A stretch of 53,088 nucleotides of DNA, filler included, from Dimargaris cristalligena (Eukaryota): assembly GCA_003614675.1 (NCBI GenBank). It is 3 parts of 3 records of this genome, joined end to end, with 100 filler letters (N's around TTAATTAATTAA, not from the genome) between each part and the next. Parts side by side here need not be neighbours in the genome. Positions count along the whole stretch, not along the records: positions 1 to 17,635 come from ML002793.1; 2 more parts are not named here. The stretch is one strand, 5' to 3'. Position numbers and translations under genes: made by a program. A model generated the notes under the pieces. That model was not told the DNA's origin, made no database searches, and worked only from the letters and a program-made list of their open reading frames with translations. The first letter of the stretch is position 1. Each line of letters begins with the position of its first letter. Of this stretch, positions 1-11,571 are shown one piece after another.

Positions 1-540
1 CGGGGGAAGATCACAATATTTACATTTATTTTTCCACCGAACAGGGTGGGGGGGTTATAGAGGTCAGGGGAGATGGAGGGAATAGTCAAAAAGCAGTACA
101 CATGGATGAGTACACCAATAGAAGAAGTTCCGGTCACAATACCATACATGGGAATTAATGAACCGGATAAATAGCACCTGAAATGGAGGGGAGACTGGCC
201 AAATGGTAGAGTGGGGGGGACCTTGAAGTGACAGTTCCAGTCAGAGGGACAAAGGGGTGGGAAAAATCGGCTGGGGAGACAGTGTGGGGTTTGTGGAACC
301 TGGGCGCCGCTCAAGCCAACTCTTACTGCCCAACGTGGGGGAAATTCAAATTATGGACACTTCCTCCTCCAAGGAAAATATTGGGGGCACACGGTGGGTA
401 AGGTGTGACCGCCTCGTACATCTTTGCATGCCTTATTGTCAGAATTCCCCAAAATGCAGAATATTGGGAAGAGAATACGCCAAAGAAGTTGAGGTTGGGG
501 GGGTGCGGATCCCCCCCACAGTGGTATATATTTAACTCAC

Positions 541-1043
541 CCTCATCCAGGATCACTTTGTCACCAAAGACGATGATTTCGAAGATACCGTATTGCATGA
601 GACGCTCGATGATGTTACCCATGTGCTTGGACCGTGCCTTTTTATCCATGGCACATACGCCAATGACGACTGGATCAGCGGAAGCAACCAGTCGACCGAA
701 TCAATCGGTGCGAGTTAAAGAGTCAGTGAATGTTGGTGACATTGGGCGCATCGAACCATATGGGAAACAATAATAATAATGGCAGGTAAGGTGTGAATAA
801 ATCGATCCTTGGAAGTATTCCAGGCATAGATATATCGGGAACTGGCCTTGTATGCGCATACACTTCGGCCCCAGAGTGTATGCCAGTCAGTAAACTATAG
901 CTAGTTAGGGTATGAAGTGCCCCCATGGAGCCTATTAACGCGAGCCAGCAAACTGGGGGTGGTGACTTACATTTCTTGTCATTGTTCTTCGGGAATTCGA
1001 AGAAGTGGGGGGAGGTGGAGAATACCTCGCCGGGTTTGGTCAT
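541..1043 (-). CDS. VIP1: Inositol pyrophosphate kinase VIP1/Asp1/PPIP5K, 5' part (exon 1 1043-971, exon 2 669-541; gene continues off the left edge)
   Basis: Spliced translation [67 protein letters not shown] matches the conserved Vip1 N-terminus (IGVCAMDxKxxSKxM...FGDKVILDE). Intron 970-670 is GTAAGT...CCAG and keeps frame. The next donor GTGAGT starts at 540. The expected next exon (xENWPxCDFLISF) was not found in 1-540. Confidence 0.9.
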
Positions 1044-1585
1044 GGTGAGAGAGTCGGAGGGGGTTGGAATTGGGAAGGCGTATATGGCTGTCAAACGGGC
1101 CAGTAGACGTGGTACCGGTTAAAGAGAATAAGTCACGCTAGGCCGGGAAGGAAACCGCGGCAGCCGCGAAAAGGTGGGGAGGGGAAGTAAGTCAAAGACG
1201 TAAAGCACTGGGTGAATTCAAAACCATAGGTCTCTATGCAAACCGCAGAATACTAAGAGCAAGCCAAGTATATTAGAAGAGAAAGTAAGAGTGAAAGTGA
1301 AAGTGAGAGAACAGAAACAGCAGGAGAGAGGACAGGGGGGTTTAATAGGTGAACCTGTCCAGGGGAGGAGGAGCACCATGACCACTTTAACCGGTCCCCG
1401 ATTCTCCTGCTGGGTGAATTGGACTGGGTTGGGTGGTGAAAAGTTCATTGGGTGAATAAATAAGCTATATACATCCACCCCCCCCATCTATACACAGACA
1501 CAGACGCTACAGTGGCGGGAGTTGGTTTATGGTGTCTCTTGAAGACAATCCAGGGCCATAGTGAGCCACGATGGGGACGTGGCTG

Positions 1586-1614
1586 AAAGTAAAGTAAAGT
1601 AATGTAATGTAATG
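1586..1614 (+). repeat. Short tandem repeat (AAWGT)n
   Basis: AAAGT x3, AATGT x2, then AATG; lies upstream of VIP1. Confidence 0.7.
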
Positions 1615-2591
1615 GAGTCAGGGGGAAGGGGAGGTTTGGCCTTAAATGGGGCGCTTATCAACGATAGAAGAGGTAACGTGGCTCAACCACCGTCTGGTGG
1701 CATGGATAATATTGGAGGACTCTTGGACTGCCTTTAGAAACCATCTATAAAGTCGCTCAAGTGGGAGGTGGTGAGGGGTGCACGCATGTGGGACCAGTGG
1801 ACCCTAGTGCATTAGCCATAGAGTGCCTTGGAAGAGACCAGCCCAGTTGACCACAACACAGTCTATACAGCGCTATCCTTATTCAATGACTCTGCCGAGG
1901 CTGTCCAACTCAGCAAGACTATTATTCGGGACCATTGGCCAGGCCGACGGGGATTATCGTCATTTGCGAAGGCGGGCAATCTTATAGAGAGGGGTTGGTG
2001 GCACGTCCGTTTAAATACACAGGAAACCGATGGGCACTCGGAATATGCCCATTCTCCCATGGCAGTCCCCCCTTCTAAGATCCGGAAATCTTGGATGATT
2101 GACCCTTCCGATCGATACCACCGAGTGCCCATTGAATACCAGCGTAGATGGGGCGACTATCTCCTGTTCTGCACTTCTTGCCTACCCCAGCCACCAGTTC
2201 CACAGGGAGTAGTAATATTTATTATATAAAAAAAACTAATTGATTAAAAAAAGGCCCAGGGTAAAGCCAGTATGAGGGGGATGTGGGGGAGTGCCAAGGG
2301 TGGAATGCCGCTACAACGGGTGTTGGGCCGCTAACTTCATCGGCGCCTACCACTCATAGGCGAGTCTAATAATAAACCTGGATGTTAAATATATTATTTT
2401 CTGCCACCCTCGTTCTTTTGGGCATGATAAAACGGAGAGCCAATACAGATCACCAAAGGGCAGCCCATATAGAAGATACCACCAACGTAGTATCAATAAT
2501 ACTGGGTCGCGGGACTCATATCCTGCAATTTATAGGGGCCATTCGGGCATTAACCGACGACACTCCTGCAGGGCATCGGGGACCGGTTTAA

Positions 2592-3758
2592 TTAAAGCAA
2601 GTTCAAGTTAAGTTCCAACTGCTTGAGCAGCTCCTGGTTTTCCTGGGCGTTGCCCACCGTGATGCGCAAACAGCCCTCGCATCCTACTTCGGTGCCACGG
2701 AACCGCACAACGAGGCCACATTCCTGGGCCATCCGTTCGTACACCCGCTGGGCGCGGTCACTATCGGGCCGCCCCGATCCGTCCTTGGCGACCACACGGC
2801 AGAGCACGAAATTAGCATCATTTCCACCGATAATCTCACTAATCCCCGAAATACGCGGCAACGCTTCCGTGAGCATCCGGCGCTGGTCCCGCAGGATCGC
2901 GGCATCCTGGCTCATTTTGCGCAGACCCGCGTCGTCGAGGGCGGCCAAAGCCACGGTGGCGGCCAGGGTGCTCACATTATAAGGGGCCTTGGTCTTGTTC
3001 ATGAGGGCAATGATGGCACGGTCGGCGAAAGCCATGCCGAGGCGAATACCGGCCAGTCCGAAGCTTTTACTCATGGTTTGCATGACCACCAGGTTGGGGT
3101 AACGCGCCACCCAGCTCGCCACGGAACCGCCCTTGGTTTGTTCAACAAAGTCAATGTAGGCCTCGTCCACGACCACGATGCCCCGGTACGCCTCGGAGTC
3201 CAGAAGTTGTTCGATATCGCGCGTATCGAGCCAGGTCCCCGTGGGGTTGCCGGGGGAGCAAGCGAACACCAATTTGATGGTGGGATCGGCCCGCGTGGCT
3301 GCCAAAATGGCCGCGGTATTGAGTTGGAATTGCCGAGGACCCGTCAATTCAAGGGGTACTTTAACCACCTGGACATCGTTGACCTGGGCCGTCACACTGT
3401 ACATACCATAGGTAGGCGGCGTGATGAGAATCTTATCGCGACCAGGAATACAGAAAATACGCACCAGAATATCAATGACCTCGTCCGACCCCACCCCCAG
3501 GAAAATATGGTCCGGGTCCGGGACTTGGCGAAGCTTGACGAGGCGCTCCTTAACCGTGCCGTGCAGAGGGTCCGGGTACCGATTCAAGGACTGCTCCTCG
3601 GCCACGGCGGCGAAGGCAGGGTTGACCGAAGAACCCAGGCTATTTTCGTTGGCATCGAGAAGAATGCCGGAGCTGAAGTCGTCGCGGGCACAGCGGTAAG
3701 GCTTAAGGGCCCAAATGTTGGGCCGGGTGATGGCCTGGAGGTCAAAACGGTAGGTCAT
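2592..3758 (-). CDS. HIS5: Histidinol-phosphate aminotransferase (388 aa, intronless)
   Basis: ATG at 3758 (MTYRFDLQ). Motifs PYRCARDD, LLDANEN, NRYPDP, GVGSDEVID, CSPGNPTG, VVVDEAYIDF, PLP-lysine TMSKSFGLAGIRLG, LRITVG. Confidence 0.97.
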   Translation of the reverse strand: MTYRFDLQAITRPNIWALKPYRCARDDFSSGILLDANENSLGSSVNPAFAAVAEEQSLNRYPDPLHGTVKERLVKLRQVPDPDHIFLGVGSDEVIDILVRIFCIPGRDKILITPPTYGMYSVTAQVNDVQVVKVPLELTGPRQFQLNTAAILAATRADPTIKLVFACSPGNPTGTWLDTRDIEQLLDSEAYRGIVVVDEAYIDFVEQTKGGSVASWVARYPNLVVMQTMSKSFGLAGIRLGMAFADRAIIALMNKTKAPYNVSTLAATVALAALDDAGLRKMSQDAAILRDQRRMLTEALPRISGISEIIGGNDANFVLCRVVAKDGSGRPDSDRAQRVYERMAQECGLVVRFRGTEVGCEGCLRITVGNAQENQELLKQLELNLNLL

Positions 3759-5073
3759 GGGGATACTAGTGGATACTGTAGTCAAAGGGAGAGGTGGCTG
3801 GAATGAGGACGGTGGGGCGAAACTGAAAGTCCCGATTTTGGCTAATTGAAACAAGTAAACGAAATATCAGCCCTTTTTAGGTGAGGTGAAACTGCGGGGA
3901 AGTTATAGAAGGGTATAGTTCAAATAAAGCAGTAAAGATAGAGAGGTGTGTCGGCCTCGGTCTAGGTCTAGTTGTGTCCCTTATCCGTTGATTCCAGGCT
4001 CCAATTTAACCCTCTATAACCACAGTCCATGAATAGAGCCCCTCCCTCACTCTACCGGCCTCCCTGGAGCTGAAAACCACGACATGCCATGGTGGTGCTG
4101 GTTGTAAACCTGACTGCCAATTAGTCATTAAGCCACAGGGGATACAGAAGGGAAGGAACCCCCCATTGGACCAATACAAACCATAGTGATTAGTCCATGC
4201 GACAGTCCTCCAGTCTCACTCCACCAACCCCAGACAGCTCTCATACCAAAGCCAGGCTAGGTGGTGGCCATTAATACTACGGTTCTCTTGACATTTAAAG
4301 GGTGACGGCCGAAAGCAGCTCTGCTCACTTTGCTCGATAACTATTATATATTAGTAGTCTACATGTGATCCAGGTGTATCATTAATACATGGACTCTGGT
4401 GACTAACCGCTGCTCAGTCAACTTAAAACTGACAAAGCATTTGATTAGGCTGATGACAGAATACCATGTGAAGGGAGAGGGTCATTGAAGTATAGAACTT
4501 GGTTATGATTACAGATCGCAGTAGCTCGGCCAACCAAGAGATATAAATAGCATTCTGATCTTGAATATTGTTAAAGCGACCATCGTTCAAATCTCCTACG
4601 CGATGAGTTTTGAAAGGTACTATTGTAATGCATTCCCACTGAACATCTCCATAAGCGGCCTAGGGGGACTAAATCCTCCTTGTATTTTGATGCAGAGAGT
4701 TTAGCGCAATGCGGTGGAAGCTGGCATACCGCATCAGGGAAAATCCCCCATTAATAATGTTATTGATCACAAAAGTATTGTGATGTGAACCGCGGCCATA
4801 AAAATATATATAGCCAAATCCAAAATTCTCCCTAGTCTAGTTCGGAAGCTCTATTTTTTCTGCTGCGCACTATGCCTCCTCCCTCTTACATATTATCTAA
4901 TTGCATTGTCTAGTATTAATTGGAATACATTCGGAATGCCCCAAACCTGTTTCCAGTTAGTTTATTGAATCCTCTATTTACCCGATTCTACTCCACACTT
5001 CTCCTGTTCCAATCCCAGTCCTCTATCTAATTACGCCTTTTCCTTGCATTTGACTTTACGCCGACCAGGCACC

Positions 5074-7568
5074 ATGAAATTCTTTATCGATGACCTGCCG
5101 GTCATCTTCCCATATGACTACATTTACCCCGAACAATATGCATACATGGTCGACTTGAAGAAAAGCCTGGATGCCCGAGGCCACTGCATGCTTGAAATGC
5201 CCTCGGGTACAGGCAAAACCATTTCCCTCTTGTCACTCATTATATCGTACCAACAGGTAAGCACTGCTCCCTTTTATTTACCTTCTAAACCTACCATAAA
5301 CCCTCCGCAGTAAGCCTGGGTCCCAGGGCAGCCGTCGTTTACATTTAGCTATGGCTGATACTCCGACCCAGCTCCAAGCTGATATGCGATTCCCTGCTCA
5401 ATAGGCGCATACCTATTAAATACACTTTCCATTGTATTATTACTATACTCACTCCCTACCAGTTTCACCCCGACAAGCGGAAACTCGTCTACTGCTCTCG
5501 AACCGTACCCGAAATCGACAAAGCGCTGGCCGAATTGAAGCGATTGATGGCCTTCCGGGCCCAACAGGGCGAGACCATCGATTTTCTCGGACTAGGGCTT
5601 ACCTCCCGGCGTAATCTCTGCCTCCATCCGGAAGTTAGTAAAGAGAAGAAAGGAAAAGTGGTCGATGCCAAATGTCGGGACATGACCGCGTCTTGGATTC
5701 GCGGCAAAGCCCAGGCGGGCCACGGCGACATTGAACTCTGCAACTATTATGAACGGTTAGAGGCGGCCGGGGACTTGCCCCTCCCCTCGGGTGTCTACAC
5801 CCTGGACGATCTCCGGGCCTACGGTCGGGAGAATCAGTATTGCCCCTACTACATGGCCCGCCGGGCCCTGCGGGCCGCCGACGTGATCATCTACAGCTAC
5901 CATTACATGCTCGACCCCAAGGTGGCCGATTTGGTATCCAAAGAACTATCCCGCGACGCCATTGTTGTCTTTGACGAGGCGCACAATATCGACAACGTAT
6001 GTATTGAAGCGCTCAGCATTGATTTGATGCGGCCCACCCTGGAAGCGAGTACCCGTAGCGTGAATCTGCTGGAGCAAAAGGTACGCGCCGTCAAGGAAAA
6101 GGACGCCGAGGCACTGCGGACGGAATACGCCCGCCTGGTAGAGGGCCTGCGGGAGGTGAGTGCGGCGCGGGACGAAAATGCAATTTTGGCTAACCCGGTG
6201 CTGCCGGACGATATTTTGACGGAAGCCGTTCCGGGTAACATCCGCAAGGCCGAGCATTTCATTGCGTTCCTGCGACGCTTTATCGAGTATCTCAAAACCC
6301 GGCTGCGGGTCATGCACGTGGTAGCCGAAACCCCCGTGTCCTTCATCCAGCATCTGCGGGATATCACTTTTATTGACAGCAAACCCCTGCGGTTCTGCGC
6401 CGAGCGGCTTAATTCGCTAATTAGGACGCTGGAACTCAATGATTTGGAGGAACTCACCTCCCTCCAGAAGGTGGCCTCCTTCGCCACTTTGGTATCCACC
6501 TACGACAAAGGATTCTTGCTCATATTAGAACCGTTTGAAAGTGATGCCGCAACGGTCCCTAACCCGGTCTTGCATTTTACCTGTTTGGATGCCTCGTTGG
6601 CTATTCAGCCGGTCTTCCAGCGGTTCTCGAGTGTCGTGATTACATCCGGGACGCTGTCCCCGCTCAGTATGTATCCCAAAATGCTGCGCTTTGAACCGGT
6701 CATCCAGTCCAGTTTCACCATGACCCTCACCCGCACCTGTTTCCTGCCGCTGGTCATTACCAAGGGCAGCGACCAAGTCGCCGTCAGCTCCAAATTTGAG
6801 GTACGCAACGACCGGGCCGTGGTGCGTAACTTCGGCAACATGCTGGTCGAGTTCGCCAAAGCCGTCCCGGACGGGATCGTGGCGTTCTTTCCCAGCTACC
6901 TGTACATGGAGGCGATTGTAGCCATGTGGAACGAAATGGGCATCCTCAAAGAGGCGTGGAGACACAAGCTTATTTTCGTGGAAACCCCCGATGCGGCCGA
7001 AACCAGTCTGGCGTTGGAAAACTACCGACTGGCCTGTGATAACGGGCGCGGGGCCATTCTCCTCTCGGTGGCGCGGGGCAAAGTCTCGGAGGGTATCGAT
7101 TTCGACCACAACTACGGGCGAGCCGTCATCATGTTCGGAATCCCCTATCAGTACACCGAAAGCCGCATCCTTAAAGCCCGCCTCGAATTCTTACGCGAAC
7201 GGTACCAGATCCGGGAAAACGATTTCCTCACTTTCGATGCGATGCGCCACGCGGCCCAGTGCGTGGGGCGGGTATTGCGCGGGAAAAGCGATTACGGACT
7301 CATGGTGTTTGCGGACAAGCGGTACTCCCGCAAAGATAAACGCGATAAATTGCCCCAGTGGATCGGGCAGTACATGACCGACGCAACCCTGAATTTGTCC
7401 ACCGATATGGCGACCAGTATCACGCGCAAGTTCTTGCGCACCATGGCCCAGCCGTTCGATGGCAGTCAGATTCATACGAGTTTGTGGTCCGTGGAGGATA
7501 TTGTGCAGCATCAGAAAAATCCGGTGGCCCAGCCCGTATCGGCCGATCATCCGGCTGCGAAGGCGTAG
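5074..7568 (+). CDS. RAD3: TFIIH/NER helicase XPD (762 aa; exons 5074-5256, 5463-7568)
   Basis: [22 protein letters not shown], Walker [17 protein letters not shown], four Fe-S cysteines (NLCLHP, AKCRD, ELCNY, YCPYY), [19 protein letters not shown]. Phase-0 intron 5257-5462 (GTAAGC...CAG). Confidence 0.98.
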
Positions 7569-8428
7569 GAGTGTCGGGGCGAAGGGGGGAGAGGAGTAAA
7601 CGAGTGAGTATGCCTGGTGTTAGCGTTACTGGATAGAGGAGGTCCATCCATAATTGGTTCATCTCCGACGTTTGGGTGACTTAGTATTCCTCATCAAGGG
7701 CTTTTGTCAAAACCTGGAATTAAAAGGTCGGAATGGGGAAATACAATAAATACTATTACTAGGTCGCTTGTGGGAAAGTAATTGCCGCTACCATTTGCCA
7801 AGGCTTCGGATGCCCAGATATATTTGATATCAGTCAGTCTGTCTAAATGGCTGGAGAGTTATCTATAACAGATACCCTGGCACATTAAAGTACTGACAGG
7901 GAATGCCATAATATAATTATGAGGTAACCTGGAACACGGGTTTAGTTTTACAGCCCACATGCCAATTATACGATGTCTTCACGCATCCAAGGGGAAAGGA
8001 GCAGCGGCCAGTCACCAGCGAGTTTGATTAGCCTACTTACACGCACACTTCTACTTGGCGGTTTCTGTGAGCGGGAAAAGACCACTTGGCCTACGCCAAT
8101 TCCAGTAAGAATCAGGGAGTTAAAAGTGTGAGGGAATGCCGTGTGTAACGTACACTCATTCTATTCGTTGGTGCGATTGAACCATATAGGACATTTACTT
8201 GAATTCACAAGCGAGCCTTCTCCTTAACTCCACAGCTTCTGGTTTAATTCCCCATTAGAAGACTATTTTCTTCTGCTTATCTCTCTCATACGACTTCCAC
8301 CAACCCCAACGACCCTTGATCCTACGTCATTTCGTTAGGTGGCTTTCAGTCTAGATTTCTGGATTCACTTTACTCTACTTGTTTACACCTCCTTAGAAGT
8401 TATTTCTCTATTTCGGCCCAGGAACGCT

Positions 8429-10186
8429 ATGCTGAGATCTGTCTTGACTAAACGAACTGCGCATAGCTTGATCTCCCGTCGGAGCCTGGCTAGCCGCTCC
8501 TACCCTCTTTCGGCGTCGCCCATGTCGAACATGACCCACAGTCCTACTTCGGCAGCTAACCCTTCCACGGCCCTTCGTCGCACGGCCCAGCTAACCTCCC
8601 ATTTCATTCACACCTCCACCCGGTCCCCCATGGCGAGCGACGCCACCCGCCCCACCAAACCCGGCTCCCCGGCCTCTTCCTCCGCCACTACTACCGACAT
8701 GTTCGCCAAGCAGCCGACCTTCAATGAACCCTTGAGTCAGACCGAAGTCCTCCAACACAAACAGGATACCGGACGGGCCCTGGTCCTCAACCGCCCCAAA
8801 GCCCTTAACGCGCTGAACTTGGCCATGGTGCGGGCCATGACCCCGCAACTGCTGGCCTGGGAACAGTCCGATTTGTGCAAGGTCATTATTTTGAAATCAT
8901 CCGCGGCGCGGGCGTTTTGCGCCGGCGGGGACGTGAAGAAAGTGGTGGAGCTGGTGCAGGCCAAAGACGAGCATTACGCCCAGTTTTTTGAAGAGGAATA
9001 CCGGCTGAATTACTTGATCGGGTCGGCGCGGACCCCGATTGTGGCCATCATCGACGGTATCACTATGGGCGGCGGAGTGGGCTTATCGGTCCACGCGCCC
9101 TTCCGAGTGGCCACCGAACGGACGGTCTTCGCCATGCCCGAAACGGCCATTGGCCTATTCCCCGATGTCGGTGGATCCCATTTCCTACCCCGTTTGGACG
9201 GCTTTTTGGGTCGCTACCTCGGGTTGACGGGTCAGCGGTTGGAGGGCCAGAGTGTGTTTTGGGCGGGCATTGCCACCCATTATGTACCCTCCGAGCGACT
9301 CCCCGCATTGCAGGAACGGCTCTGCGAACTCGGATCGTCCGATCCCGCCGTGGTGAATGAAGCCATCGAGGAATTCTCTCAGGAAACCGCCCAGTTGTCC
9401 GACCCCGCGGCTTACACCCTGTTCCCGTACCTGCAGGCGATTGACCGCTGCTTCCGTTACGATACGGTCGAGGAAATCTACGCCGCTTTGGAACGGGAGG
9501 CCACTAAACCCGGCCAGGGTGCTACCACCACAGCTACTGATACTGCTACCCACTCTACTGCCAAAATCGCCAAGTGGGCCAAGGAAACCCTGACGACTCT
9601 CCGGAAAATGTCGCCCACCAGCCAAAAAGTCACTCTCGAACTCATCAAAGAAGGCGAGAAGCGTAACCTCCAGGACTGTCTCCAACTCGAATTCCGGGTG
9701 GCCCAAACCATGACCAAGGCCCCGGATTTCACCGAAGGAGTCACGGCCAAACTTATCCACCGCGGTAAGGTCGAACCCCAATGGCAACCCGCTACCCTCG
9801 AAGAACTGCCCCTCAACCAGCTGATCAACAACTACTTCAAGGCCCACACCCACGACTTGGACTTCCTCCCCATCACCCAGCCGACCCAGAATGCGACGAC
9901 GACGGCTAACCCCAACGCCAATATCGATATGATGGCCTCGAAGAGCGGTCAAAAGACCCCGGCCATCTTCACGCCCACTACCCACCCGAACTTCGCCCTC
10001 GTCACGGCCAAGGAGGTGCTGCATCTGATCCATAACTCTAGCCTCAAGGTGACCACCGACGAAATCTTCGACTATTTCCACCATAAGTACAGCGGAAAGA
10101 TCGGGATGACCACGAAACTGCAGATCCTGCTGAGCACTAAATTTACCGTAGACCCCAAGACTAAGGTGATTTCGGTACCGAACTAA
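8429..10186 (+). CDS. EHD3: Mitochondrial 3-hydroxyisobutyryl-CoA hydrolase (HIBCH/Ehd3, crotonase fold; 585 aa)
   Basis: ATG 8429 with an Arg/Ser-rich presequence (MLRSVLTKRTAHSLISRR). Motifs LNRPKALNAL, FCAGGD, DGITMGGGVG, FAMPETAIGLFPDVG, MSPTS, DFxEGVxAxL. Confidence 0.95.
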   Translation: MLRSVLTKRTAHSLISRRSLASRSYPLSASPMSNMTHSPTSAANPSTALRRTAQLTSHFIHTSTRSPMASDATRPTKPGSPASSSATTTDMFAKQPTFNEPLSQTEVLQHKQDTGRALVLNRPKALNALNLAMVRAMTPQLLAWEQSDLCKVIILKSSAARAFCAGGDVKKVVELVQAKDEHYAQFFEEEYRLNYLIGSARTPIVAIIDGITMGGGVGLSVHAPFRVATERTVFAMPETAIGLFPDVGGSHFLPRLDGFLGRYLGLTGQRLEGQSVFWAGIATHYVPSERLPALQERLCELGSSDPAVVNEAIEEFSQETAQLSDPAAYTLFPYLQAIDRCFRYDTVEEIYAALEREATKPGQGATTTATDTATHSTAKIAKWAKETLTTLRKMSPTSQKVTLELIKEGEKRNLQDCLQLEFRVAQTMTKAPDFTEGVTAKLIHRGKVEPQWQPATLEELPLNQLINNYFKAHTHDLDFLPITQPTQNATTTANPNANIDMMASKSGQKTPAIFTPTTHPNFALVTAKEVLHLIHNSSLKVTTDEIFDYFHHKYSGKIGMTTKLQILLSTKFTVDPKTKVISVPN

Positions 10187-11571
10187 TTACTGTTACTATT
10201 ATCATTATAATTTTTATTAGTGGTATGACTTCGCTGGGAGAAGGGGGGGTTTAAGTAAGAAAATAAGAGCTTCCCCAGTTTACGGCCTCCTCTCCCCATT
10301 TGATTTTACTCGGTTTTATCGACCCTGTTTTTTAGGAATTTGATTTTTTTTTTTGGTTTGTGCCGTTTTCTTTTTTTCTCTCTCGCCATATAAACATTTA
10401 CAATTTACAAGACATGCTAGTAATTAAAATAGGCGAAGTTCAATTTAACTACGTGTTATTTTGAATGAATTATAGATGGGAGGATACACTGGGGTTTTAT
10501 GAACAAGTAATCCATATTTCACCGTCGTTATTTTGATATGCGGCTGGGCCAAACTGAATCTCTCCACCACATGGCTTAGATAGGGGGGGTATATCATTTT
10601 AATTGACTAGTACTATAATTCAGTTTACGGACGCTGTCCCCAGTGGAAATATAAGATAATTCAGGGTAATGATATCCGAAAATACTATACTAAGGGCTTA
10701 TTCAGCTATTTTCCTAAAGCTATAGACACTTACATCTATATAAAACAAGACCCACTAATGTCACCTATTGTAATAACCAGCGTGCACTCTTCTTATTCTT
10801 CCACGGGTTTACTCGTTTTGTTCATTATTATTTGAAGATTGCATTTTCCCTTTTATAAGAATAGTATTAATACCCGATCTATACTCTCAGTCCTGGCTAA
10901 TAGGTTAGCCAAGCAAGCAAGGAGTTGAGGCGGATTGTACTTATACTTGTATTTAGGGGCGAGTATGACTATAAGTCGAATTGTAGCCCCTCTACTTTAC
11001 TAGTACTCAACTAGCTCCTTATCACTGTAATAGCCTGGTCTGTGCCGGTATTGAAGGAAAAGTAACTGGGGGGAGAGTATAGGGGAGTGTGATTAGGCCA
11101 GTCACTTTTTAATCAAAGCATTACTTGGTTAGCTCGTCCCACCCCCATTTGGACTATATCCTCCCGTCCAGGTCCAAAGTTAACCCATATTCCCCCCTCC
11201 TCGTAAGTCTGAATACTTCTTAGCTAGCAAGGGGACTATAGTACCTGGCATAGAGCTCATTGAGCCCAGTTGGCCTATCTTCCATGCAAAGCATCTCTAC
11301 AGACCGGCTGTCCCTCTCTATTTATCCACCATAACGCTTGCTCTACCTGCTTGAATTGCGGAGTTTACACATTCTATTTGGCTAGACTTCTTTGCTGGTG
11401 ACTGTAACCACTATATTCTTAATAGCTCTTTAGGCCAGTTGCATACTTTGTTTCACCGAATTTACTCCCTTTTGCTCCGCCCATCCTTGCACCACCTTCC
11501 TCCTCGCCTAGCTATATAGTATACCTGCCTCAGTTTCAGTTTCAGTGTCTCCTGTTTCTTTCCCCCTCCCC

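Noticed and set aside
1828-2229. 133-aa ORF between VIP1 and HIS5
   Set aside because: Non-ATG start, no motif, no coding-like codon bias.
3078-3806. 242-aa + strand ORF and other ORFs overlapping HIS5
   Set aside because: Antisense shadows of a GC3-rich gene with no recognisable motifs.
5903-7550. Several minus-strand ORFs of 119-198 aa
   Set aside because: Antisense to RAD3; explained by codon bias.
8339-8428. Hydrophobic N-terminal extension of EHD3 in the ORF track (similar extensions for HIS5, RAD3, EXO84)
   Set aside because: These come from GTG/TTG starts used by the ORF caller; the first ATG gives a normal protein start.
9185-10084. 299-aa minus-strand ORF
   Set aside because: Antisense shadow of EHD3.
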